A stretch of DNA of 20,000 nucleotides from an uncultured virus (IMG/VR IMGVR_UViG_3300027833_000032) (taxonomy: Duplodnaviria > Heunggongvirae > Uroviricota > Caudoviricetes): the IMG/VR virus record IMGVR_UViG_3300027833_000032; one strand, 5' to 3'. Position 1 is the stretch's first letter, and each line of letters starts with the position of its first letter. The notes below the pieces were generated by a model that was given only the letters and a program-made list of their open reading frames with translations, had not been told where the DNA came from and made no database searches. Shown here piece after piece: positions 11,301 to 16,756 of the stretch. The position numbers and the translations under genes are program-made.

Positions 11301-14300
11301 TGATTTAAGAATTGCTTTCCATACTGGTATTAAGTTCGGCGCAAACGCTTCTTATCAAGGTATGAGATTCTATACTGATTACAATATGGCAACTCAGGTC
11401 ATGTCGGTCAATAACGGATCTGATCCTCTTGGTGGCGGCAACGTTTATATTAATCAGAACTTACAAGCAGGCAGTTCATTAAGATCACCAATATTTTATG
11501 ATTCAGATGATACTACTTATCGCTTAGATCCTAACTCAACAAGTAATACTGCAAATGTACTAAGAGGTGGAACAAGACACGGGCCTAACCCATCTTGGGG
11601 CAGATACTTATACGTAGGTACAAATGGTAATGTATCAAGTGAAGCTTGTGTTGCTACTACAAACGGTAACTTACACTTAGATTCTCGTTCAGGTAATAAC
11701 CTATATTTACAGTGGTATGTCGGTGGAACAGTTTATGTAAACAACGCTATTCAAGCCCAGATTTACTACGATCGTAACAATACATCTTACTACGGTGACT
11801 TTGCTTCTACTTCATATATGAACGACTTAAGAGTCAATATCTTATACGATAGAAACAACACTGCTTATTATATACACAATTCGTCAGGCGACGCTTCGTT
11901 GAGAACGGTAACAGCTGACGCACTTCATATGAGAGACCGTGGTGATTTCATAACATTCTACGGAAATGATTCTGATTATCATAGTATTTCATCTCGTGAT
12001 AATGGTGGTGGTGTAACAGACGATTTAAGATTTAACTCTTACCACGATATCTTCTTTAACCTTGACTCGAACAACAATAATAGTAGTGGTTCAACAGGAT
12101 TCTATGTTGGTCAACACGGTGCAGGAACTGGTGGTATCTCTGGTTGGTACTTCCAAGCAATGTGTGATGGTAACTCGTACTCATCAGCTTCATTCCGTTC
12201 ACAATATTTCTACGATAGAAGTAATACTGCATATTATGTTAATCCAGACGCGACTTCTAGACTAAGAGCAGTATACGCTAACGATTGGTTTAGAGCAGAC
12301 GGTGGCTCAGGTCTTTACTTCCAGGATTATGGATACGGTGTACGTGGTGCACAAGCTGAAGGTAACTCATACGGTAATATTTCAACATACTCTCAAGGTC
12401 GTAATGGCTGGTCAGGATACGGTATTGCTGGAAGATGGTGTATCATGTCATCTGGCACAGGCAACAGTCAAAACTTTGGTGTGCACAATAACTCCAGTAG
12501 TTGGTTATGGTATTGGAATGGTTCTTATACAAATACTAGATTAGGTTACTTAAATAACGAATCAAGTATGAGAGCACCAATCTTTTATGACAGCAATAAT
12601 ACTGGTTATTATTTCAACGGTGCATCTCTAAGATCAACACGATTTGAAGGTGTGAACAACCGTACTATGGCTCATTTAAATCAGCCTGGTCATACAAGAA
12701 GCAACGGCGAGTTCATGCGATCAAGAGCGCAGAGAACAAGTGACACTAACTATTGGACTGGTTCCATGGGTTGGGGCACAATTGATATGAACACCGTGGG
12801 TGACTGGGGTTCAGGCTTTATTGATTCTTGGAGTAATCCAGGTAACCAGCCTTCAGGTACATCTCATTGGGTTGGTATACAATCGTATCACTACAGTAAT
12901 GGTTCAGCTAGATATGGTTGGCAGTTGGTTGGTGGACCGATTACTAACCTAAGATTCAGAAGCAGTTGGTCGTCATTTAGATCTTGGAGAACAGTACCAG
13001 TACTAGATGAGAATAGTGGTAATGCCGGTGCAATGTACGCAGGTATTTACTATGATGCTAATAACACTGGTTACTATATTAATCCAGAATCAACAAGTCA
13101 AACAGCACTTAGAATTAGAGGTGGTACATTACACGGGCCTAATACATCTTGGGGTCAGTATTTAGCAGTTGGTACAAATGGTCACTATTCAAGTTCATAC
13201 GCATCTGTTTGTGCAACTAATGGTAACTTACACATTGACCCACAAAGTGGCGACCACTTATACTTTAACTATTATGTTAATGGTCAAGCTAAGTTCTATA
13301 ATGGTTCATCTGCTGAAAGATTTAGAGTAGATACAAATGGTATAGTATACGCGTTCTCACAAATACGTGCTCCAATTTATTATGATTATAATAGCACTAG
13401 TTACTATACTGATCCAGCAAGCACATCGAGAATGAATCAGCTTAATGTTAACGCTATTAACTCACCATACGCTGGTGGTAACTCTGGTATAACAAGAGCT
13501 TCTAAACCATACTCATTCGGTTTCCAAGAAAGTGGTGGTTGGAGTTATCCATACCCAGATATGGTATTCCAGTATCACACTGGTGTGTCTATGGCAGGTA
13601 ACCCATCGTACGGTGGTATTAGATTCTTTAATGATTATAACAGTAGTACTGTAAGATTCCAAGTTAACGGTGGCTCAAGTTATACATATGCAAATACTTG
13701 GTTACAAGTTGGTGGTGCAGGTGTTGGTATCTATGATGGATATAACGGCGCTCACTTCTTCCCTAACAATCAGACTTCGTATACTTCATGGAATATATAC
13801 GGAAGCAGAAGTGGTTACTACGGTATAGCACTTAGCCAAGCTGGTTACGATCCACACTTTATGTGGGATGGTAGTGGTAATGGTGGTGTCTATCTACAAG
13901 GACTTGGTCGCTGGACTCAATATCATAACCGCGCTAATAACTGTACAGGTATTAGTACTTCTTCAACAAGTTCTGCGTATTCCTTATATGTTAGTGGTTC
14001 AATATACGCAACAAGTAATATCGTTGCTTACTCTGATAGACGTAAGAAAGAAAATATTGAAACTATCGACAACGCCTTAAGTAAGATTTTACAAATGCGC
14101 GGTGTTAGTTATAATAGAATCTACGAAGCACATATTGAAGACAGCTGGACTGGTAAGAAAGAAATCGGTCTTATCGCTCAGGAAGTAATGGAGATATTAC
14201 CAGAAGTAGTAACTCATGCTGAAGATGTTGATGAATATGGTATTAACTACGGTAACGTTGTTGGATTACTTGTTGAAGGTATCAAAGATCAAGCTAAGAT

Positions 14301-14397
14301 TGTAGAAGAACAAAAAGAAATAATAAATAATCAGCAGAAAGATATTGACAAATTAAAAGAAATGGTATATAATATACAACAAATGATGGAGAAATAA
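2356..14397 (+). CDS. Giant modular long tail fibre / receptor-binding protein (~4013 aa) with C-terminal intramolecular chaperone (peptidase S74)
   Basis: Uninterrupted 12-kb ORF. ATG 2356 (MANDKKFIVKNGL) lies 10 nt after GGGGAG (2340-2345), so it is preferred to GTG 2347. The protein is G/N/S/T/Y-rich, with LDADTVDG motifs and ~26 YD..NT.YY.DP.S.S linkers, and ends with SDRRKKENI...GLIAQEV...LPEVV...YGNVVGLLVEGIK plus a coiled coil. Confidence 0.92.
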   Translation: MANDKKFIVKNGLLTPENAVIGSTTDTGEKLQVTGDTVLSQATAGTPTLKITNSGGNNAVIGQFQGDTASLQVKNITTGDYQLVNTGQNNGIIFYNDTGGVSIQYNGGDRLVISNTGNEFTGLSNTTIDGNRILTVADEGSGNNLDADTVDGLEAAQFVRADISDIMAGSYTIQNNLVISGDLTVSGNTTTVNTEEILLADNIITLNSNFVGSSPTENGGIEIERGTADNAKLIWNEASDYWQLEVNNAVLGRIITTADEGSGNLFDADTVDGLEGSQFIRSDVDDVAQGNITIEGDLTIGDNTGPAQVFLDGTGVNRTLYSNNGEIGFLNSSANWAMKSDADGDLEVERDVEAGRDVTADRNIVAADDITATSGNISATAGSVAAGTTVTGGTGVTATTGNVSATVGDVTAGNDVTAGQDITATAGDITATAGDIAATAGSVSAGTSVSAGTTVTGGTGVTATTGNVTATVGDVIAGNDVTAGQDITATAGDISATAGSVSAGTTVTAGSTVTAGTDVIGKRFVDADNNAYYADPAGLSLMNTVGIDNAITHNGDTGTAVAFEDDTIRLLTDTTTRLTANNSGVTVFGDLDVNGNITAVDGTFSGDLSASRFLDSDDNTYLLDPNLTSVLNRVGIDDYIQHNGDTNTFFGFDSADNIIFTTNAVERLEINATYLTSTVDGIFPQLYAQKYFDSNNATYYGDFASTSRINDISLVGEIIADGDTNTYLQFHAADQFRIVTGGVERLEVSTFTTATGSVRSPLFYDTDNTAYYGNFAGTSVMNDINIDDYIRHNGDTNNYLGFDAADSQTFVTGGVERANITNTNTTFYSDVLADRFVDRNSTGYYLNPADATLSATLNGSVRIANIANSARWSDNTGTGGIVLAGDADIATNQSTTMAISGQYRSGAYSLMYLNRIDAGVNPFNAGNRYIEFRADGGGATPAAFRGDSSGNLYLTPQNSQHIGFWTSGGNEVAVALDDGNFVVGGSSVSYTSMDNTPLVGSITNNKLHVNGSIQLTSNDDAIVFGRGTSSFLKDEELGFGWGGGLHMTDATYLRIRNNKTVYSTGDAWFNRFYSYDNTAYYVDPNGDSQLNTVDIDDYVRHRGDTNTLIGFPGNDAVKIDTNGTERFRVSNSTVRARNKLEVWGSGIELQKQSNGGGVGITMTDQGSSETPGLSGLQTVSIKAWHSDNSYTSGANMAMAFESSEATTHYVFGTNSGAAGGNVIPRVTNTGSLGLTNYKWANIYATAANIDNVYASRYYDADDNSFYGDFNSRSEMNSINLRHNTATISGNGNFNVAKSILGTIHIRNGAAASGAPRQAAITFQGSSISESQAGIYVSANNGDGTHMAFATTNSYSIGPQLGFRLRNDGLFQTYRAYALFANSARSPLFYASDNTAYYLDPNGDSQLNTIDIDDYIRHRGDTNTYIGFAANDTFRVWTGGTQRVNIDNDSADFQGNVYAPRYYDSNSTSRWIEPGGGSLLQGNFEFASSSTSRGYSTAAIEIRESNYTATGAATPPVLGFHWGNVVASTISMASDGTIEIRNNPGTGYEKFRALQVSANIYYDSNNTARYMDPASRSMIAAMTINDGNDLQFETSGNNIRGYIQATDTNDAHFKIATSGGEDIAFLDGGLSGTTNFLIRGDGDTLTTRNTYAQIFYDRQNTAYYTDPGGTSVLNALDTDVGLVGGTNYNLHPYFLGQVLFSGGNAGANGSTFDVARHKNATLYGRNGSTWTNLGNCDGILDGLAAHQWGGLTLSRTYQEFVIYFSNTLGYSFCNGVSITHSTNGNSFAVYVESKETVTNPWETGFTLHQSRTGQSSWPGGTVITGNFAVGGGYNDNFRIRIVPTWSHASNSISFGSLQIFAAYGSHTRSYYTDFSRNLIADVSMRAPIFYDSNNTGYYTDPASTSRFNAVQALRYYMNHGTTYYMDESSGNYGSVMVGGRRSGWAGYSIEGNYVLMANTSEMGIYNDIDNEWMLYGQRNGYIDLRYNGSREAQTASGYFLANNQMRAPIFYDSSNTAYYLDPASGNTSNALKVAGRIRRDNFQTSGNGDNNRFLEAQDYSHWIWNTANNWGIFWAGNNGAAYQHFGSSNPNELVFVGAGNVRASIDLDNGNAHFNGVVSAGSFALNGGNENIELIKSYGSGGADLVLFDGTEYFDKRVIKAMAPNESALTGTTSEFVRTTDGPFAGSMVLQSSGYRTFYSDYIPVVPGEDLYGEISVKRISGSGGLLYYGIERFDSQKRAIAGNTGTTYFVVGGANYTGTTWNTYRGHTTIPTSHTAYSGSDGGGCYYVRIRILMNYNSGGALRQWAGIMLKRRNAESNLLVDDLLADDITADEITANIFRDRAAPTSFYVDPASISYMNDVRASILYDRDSTGYYVNPASTSNMNVVQINGTVRFMNYGLGVTGTYSSTRLQTIFNMDDQYSINAAGTATQNAYGVYWSHPNAGSLGGANNLNDHGMLIINNGSFRAAISSRAVFSNDVRGTLFYDYNNTGYYVDPASTSRLNYLRLSSGDSYLKIGANSATTTTRDTNRPQLEIGENHAYPHLTLWSYGSNTTHGGVISFRSRQGGGFRRWNIGTANYNPDNLSIGYYDNNNNPHYGVGTGWSYPAKWWITAAGDNHATGSMRAPIFYDSNNTGYYGDFASESRFNTFTTAGRVVIGGTFSNNAYSSTNSTRLHFGGGNSDANSNYYIGTNKENYNGNYNKLDLRWHTGIRIGAQSVYGGTRIYNNEDLSTVLFSVGKGDTHVRVENSNNLYVEGGDVRASLFYDYNNTAYYLDPANNGRMLTLGIGYRSAGKRLDVTGDHGNTAIRLELPSYNNGAGTGSIPLQMWVSEPGRTWDGAGFGYNVDNNLNGGTNQYYLGRPNTTRGQAYIRFESNGYMIFYNTTTAGIRYQTMETRSNNTVYVPNYLQAGASLRAPIFYDSNNTGYYTDPASTSVTNEMRANNFVHRGAVSDSSQFGLYTDSGKSTAYAIYKEGGSWSYPYPDLRIAFHTGIKFGANASYQGMRFYTDYNMATQVMSVNNGSDPLGGGNVYINQNLQAGSSLRSPIFYDSDDTTYRLDPNSTSNTANVLRGGTRHGPNPSWGRYLYVGTNGNVSSEACVATTNGNLHLDSRSGNNLYLQWYVGGTVYVNNAIQAQIYYDRNNTSYYGDFASTSYMNDLRVNILYDRNNTAYYIHNSSGDASLRTVTADALHMRDRGDFITFYGNDSDYHSISSRDNGGGVTDDLRFNSYHDIFFNLDSNNNNSSGSTGFYVGQHGAGTGGISGWYFQAMCDGNSYSSASFRSQYFYDRSNTAYYVNPDATSRLRAVYANDWFRADGGSGLYFQDYGYGVRGAQAEGNSYGNISTYSQGRNGWSGYGIAGRWCIMSSGTGNSQNFGVHNNSSSWLWYWNGSYTNTRLGYLNNESSMRAPIFYDSNNTGYYFNGASLRSTRFEGVNNRTMAHLNQPGHTRSNGEFMRSRAQRTSDTNYWTGSMGWGTIDMNTVGDWGSGFIDSWSNPGNQPSGTSHWVGIQSYHYSNGSARYGWQLVGGPITNLRFRSSWSSFRSWRTVPVLDENSGNAGAMYAGIYYDANNTGYYINPESTSQTALRIRGGTLHGPNTSWGQYLAVGTNGHYSSSYASVCATNGNLHIDPQSGDHLYFNYYVNGQAKFYNGSSAERFRVDTNGIVYAFSQIRAPIYYDYNSTSYYTDPASTSRMNQLNVNAINSPYAGGNSGITRASKPYSFGFQESGGWSYPYPDMVFQYHTGVSMAGNPSYGGIRFFNDYNSSTVRFQVNGGSSYTYANTWLQVGGAGVGIYDGYNGAHFFPNNQTSYTSWNIYGSRSGYYGIALSQAGYDPHFMWDGSGNGGVYLQGLGRWTQYHNRANNCTGISTSSTSSAYSLYVSGSIYATSNIVAYSDRRKKENIETIDNALSKILQMRGVSYNRIYEAHIEDSWTGKKEIGLIAQEVMEILPEVVTHAEDVDEYGINYGNVVGLLVEGIKDQAKIVEEQKEIINNQQKDIDKLKEMVYNIQQMMEK
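2749..3213 (+). repeat. Duplicated ~34-aa motif RI.T.ADEGSGN..DADTVDGLE..QF.R.D..D
   Basis: Copies begin at 2749 and 3112 of the giant ORF. Confidence 0.85.
3406..3915 (+). repeat. Low-complexity 6-7-aa (D/S)VTAG / DITATAG repeat tract containing a 65-aa-period duplication
   Basis: AGTTVTGGTGVTATTGNV.ATVGDV.AGNDVTAGQDITATAGDI occurs at 3511 and 3706 (195-nt period). Confidence 0.9.
3919..13428 (+). repeat. Dispersed ~21-aa linker repeat, consensus RAPIFYDSNNTGYY.DPASTS (~26 copies)
   Basis: Counted by eye at approximately 3919, 4186, 4423, 4630, 4855, 5563, 6118, 6505, 6727, 7024, 7306, 8005, 8368, 9361, 9439, 9793, 10225, 10633, 11095, 11482, 11755, 11833, 12196, 12571, 13039 and 13366. 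Confidence 0.9.
14032..14397 (+). other. Peptidase S74 / intramolecular chaperone autocleavage domain of the fibre
   Basis: Canonical S-D-x-R-x-K start (SDRRKK, Ser codon at 14032), GLIAQEV core and terminal coiled coil. Confidence 0.9.
14345..14373 (+). promoter_or_regulatory. Consensus sigma70 promoter embedded in the 3' end of the fibre gene
   Basis: TTGACA 14345-14350, 17-nt spacer, TATAAT 14368-14373. A start near 14380 would include the GGAG (14388-14391) that precedes ATG 14399. Confidence 0.75.
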
Positions 14398-14398
14398 G

Positions 14399-14839
14399 AT
14401 GGCACTAATTAAAGATTATGAGATTCAAGGAACTGGCGTGACGGTGCCTAATGCATATCACGTTATTACTGATCTCAAAGTACATAAAAGAATGGCAGAT
14501 CATCCTTTACCGCCTGATGAATCAACACCAACTGGATTAACTAATAATGGTGTAAGGCCTGCAGATGACCTTCCAGTTTATTGGCAAGCTGGATATGTCG
14601 GTAGAATATGGGTAACTATTTGGTCAAGTGCTCAAGCAAGAGCAGACGGACTAAACCCGATTGGTGTTGCAGGAACTAACACCACTGAAGTAGAAGCAGA
14701 AATAAGTATAGGCACAGCAGGACTAGATCAAAGATGTGAATTCATGCTTGACATGGCTGATAGTGCTCCTACTGATTTGATACAAGCGTATAACCACTTG
14801 AAATCTTTGGATTTCTATGCTGGTTGTACAGAAGATTAA
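14399..14839 (+). CDS. Hypothetical phage protein (146 aa), fibre-associated
   Basis: GGAG RBS at 14388-14391; starts 1 nt after the fibre stop; composition is phage-like; no catalytic motif recognised. Confidence 0.8.
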   Translation: MALIKDYEIQGTGVTVPNAYHVITDLKVHKRMADHPLPPDESTPTGLTNNGVRPADDLPVYWQAGYVGRIWVTIWSSAQARADGLNPIGVAGTNTTEVEAEISIGTAGLDQRCEFMLDMADSAPTDLIQAYNHLKSLDFYAGCTED

Positions 14840-14849
14840 TTAAAATTTA

Positions 14850-14857
14850 TATAAATA
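14850..14857 (+). promoter_or_regulatory. T4-type late promoter TATAAATA
   Basis: Exact consensus in the intergenic gap, 45 nt upstream of ATG 14903; RBS AGGAG at 14889-14893. Confidence 0.8.
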
Positions 14858-14902
14858 GATTTACACATATATAACATAAAATAGTTATAGGAGAAATAAA
14901 AA

Positions 14903-15319
14903 ATGGCATTAAGTACAGATTACACGTGGGCATGGGAAATCACCCAGGTTCGTAAACGTGATCAAGTAAACTCAGAAGGCGCAACATTAAGCGGCGCTGT
15001 AGTTCAAACATATTGGAAACTAACTGGAACAGACTCAAACGGAGACGTTGGTGAATTTTCAGGAGCAACTCCACTAGACGCAACAATGACACCAGCTGGT
15101 TCATTTACTGCGTTTGCAGATTTAACTGAAGATACAGTTCTAGGATGGATTCAACCGATGGTATTGAATGACCAAGGTTATTGTGATCATATCGCAGAAA
15201 GAGTATTAAGTCAAATCGAAGAAGATCAAACAGCAGATGCTGCAATGCCTTGGGGCGATGGTTCTGATGTAACACCAGATCCTAATGCAGGTGTAGCGAA
15301 TAACGCTGGCGGAGAGTAA
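14903..15319 (+). CDS. Small acidic fibre-associated phage protein, paralog A (138 aa)
   Basis: Strong RBS. The motif pattern TW.W.I...AVV...WK..G.DS.G...G.TPL...GSF..FADLTEDTV.GW is shared with the next gene. Confidence 0.85.
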   Translation: MALSTDYTWAWEITQVRKRDQVNSEGATLSGAVVQTYWKLTGTDSNGDVGEFSGATPLDATMTPAGSFTAFADLTEDTVLGWIQPMVLNDQGYCDHIAERVLSQIEEDQTADAAMPWGDGSDVTPDPNAGVANNAGGE

Positions 15320-15648
15320 TGACTTATTCTTGGCAGATTTTAAACTTCGTAACTCGCAATGAAGTCAACGGCGATGGCGTTTCTCTCGAGAACGCTGTCG
15401 TTAGTATTCATTGGAAACGAAGTGGTATTGACTCTGATGGTAATACTGCTGCTATTAATGGATACACTCCACTAGTAGCATCAGGCGTTGATGCAGGCTC
15501 ATTCATAACATTTGCAGATTTAACTGAAGATACTGTTAAGACATGGCTAGACACGGCAAACGCAGGAGATCTTGCAGAATATAACGCTAAGATTGATGCT
15601 AAGATTGCTAAAGTTGGTGAAACAACTAGAGCTATTCCCTGGTCATAA
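15319..15648 (+). CDS. Small fibre-associated phage protein, paralog B (109 aa)
   Basis: TAATG stop/start overlap at 15317-15321 with GGAG upstream; aligns over most of its length with the preceding protein. Confidence 0.85.
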   Translation: MTYSWQILNFVTRNEVNGDGVSLENAVVSIHWKRSGIDSDGNTAAINGYTPLVASGVDAGSFITFADLTEDTVKTWLDTANAGDLAEYNAKIDAKIAKVGETTRAIPWS

Positions 15649-15651
15649 ATA
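15644..15651 (+). promoter_or_regulatory. Possible late promoter (CATAAATA) overlapping the stop codon
   Basis: 7/8 match to TATAAATA immediately upstream of the sigma70 -35 box. Confidence 0.45.
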
Positions 15652-15655
15652 ACAG

Positions 15656-15684
15656 TTGACAATAACACAAAAGTGTGTTATAAT
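15656..15684 (+). promoter_or_regulatory. Perfect sigma70 promoter with extended -10 and an internal inverted repeat
   Basis: TTGACA 15656-15661, 17-nt spacer, TG at 15676-15677, TATAAT 15679-15684. ATAACACA-aaag-TGTGTTAT spans 15662-15681. RBS GGAG at 15707-15710. Confidence 0.88.
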
Positions 15685-15715
15685 ATATAATTAGTTTTTA
15701 CATAATGGAGTTATT

Positions 15716-16753
15716 ATGCATGATTTGCGTCATCATGGTCTAGTCTACTACGCGCTCAAGCGCGGTGGATCTATCCATCCAATTACACTTCCAAAAGAGC
15801 TTACAGGCGAAACTGGTATAATGAATCCTTCGATCTTCATTCACGAAGGTCGGATTCTTTTAAACGTTCGCCATGTAAATTATACTCTTTATCATTCCGA
15901 AGGTAAAAAGTTCCCACATCTATGGGGACCACTTCAGTATATACATCCAGAAAACGATGTTACATTAACTACACATAACATAATGTGTGAGCTTGATGCT
16001 AATATGAATATCTTATCTGCTGGACGTATTAAGATGAATTTAGATACAGGTGAACCAACTTGGAACTTTATTGGTCTAGAAGATGGTAGACTTTTTGCTT
16101 GGGAAGATCGTTTATTCCTATGTGGAGTACGTAGAGACGCGTACGATGATAAAGGCACCGGTCGCATGGAAATGTGCGAAATTGAATTTATTGATAATGA
16201 GTGGCAAGAGATATCTAGAAATCCTATTCCTGCTCCAGGCGATGATGGTACATTCTGTGAAAAGAACTGGATGCCAGTTCTTGATATGCCTTGGCACTTT
16301 GTTAAATGGTGTAATCCAACTGAAGTTATTAAATACGATGCTGAAACACGAACAACAACTACAGTTCATTTAGATGAAGATAAAAAGTACGATCAGTTCT
16401 ATCGTGATCTTAGAGGTGGTACACAGATCATTCCTATTGGTAACGGCAATAGATTAGCCCTTACACATGAGACCGATTTATATAAAGACACCTTTATGCG
16501 AAAGGATGGCCACTACAATCACAGAATTATCGTGTGGGATGAGGCTTGGAATATTGTACGTAATACCAAAGACTTTCACTTTATGGGCACCCAGATTGAC
16601 CACACAACAGGCTATGAATATAATATTGAGTTTGCTACTGGTATAACTTTCTTGGATGGCAACGCGCTAATTGCTTATGGTTACCAAGATAATGGTACAT
16701 TTATACTTAAGATACCAGAAAAGGTATTCTTTGATTTTGTGAATAAAGGATAG
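15716..16753 (+). CDS. Five-bladed beta-propeller carbohydrate-active enzyme (GH130-like phosphorylase/glycosidase or GT91-like beta-mannosyltransferase fold)
   Basis: Motifs MNPSI, GLEDGRLF, EKNWMP, LRGGTQ, IEFATG and YG..D occur in the order typical of this fold; no signal peptide is evident. Confidence 0.7.
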   Translation: MHDLRHHGLVYYALKRGGSIHPITLPKELTGETGIMNPSIFIHEGRILLNVRHVNYTLYHSEGKKFPHLWGPLQYIHPENDVTLTTHNIMCELDANMNILSAGRIKMNLDTGEPTWNFIGLEDGRLFAWEDRLFLCGVRRDAYDDKGTGRMEMCEIEFIDNEWQEISRNPIPAPGDDGTFCEKNWMPVLDMPWHFVKWCNPTEVIKYDAETRTTTTVHLDEDKKYDQFYRDLRGGTQIIPIGNGNRLALTHETDLYKDTFMRKDGHYNHRIIVWDEAWNIVRNTKDFHFMGTQIDHTTGYEYNIEFATGITFLDGNALIAYGYQDNGTFILKIPEKVFFDFVNKG

Positions 16754-16756
16754 ATT

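Noticed and set aside
2356..14397. Shufflon/invertase-type tail fibre switching
   Set aside because: No recombinase gene, inverted cassettes or inverted crossover sites were seen; all modules are in direct orientation.
14845..14889. Palindrome ATTTATATAAAT and hairpin TATAAC-N8-GTTATA as terminator or RBS-occluding structure
   Set aside because: Both are almost purely A/T and weak, with no U-tract. The related AAC...GTT dyads at 2312, 14873 and 15664 have inconsistent spacing, so they do not define a common operator.
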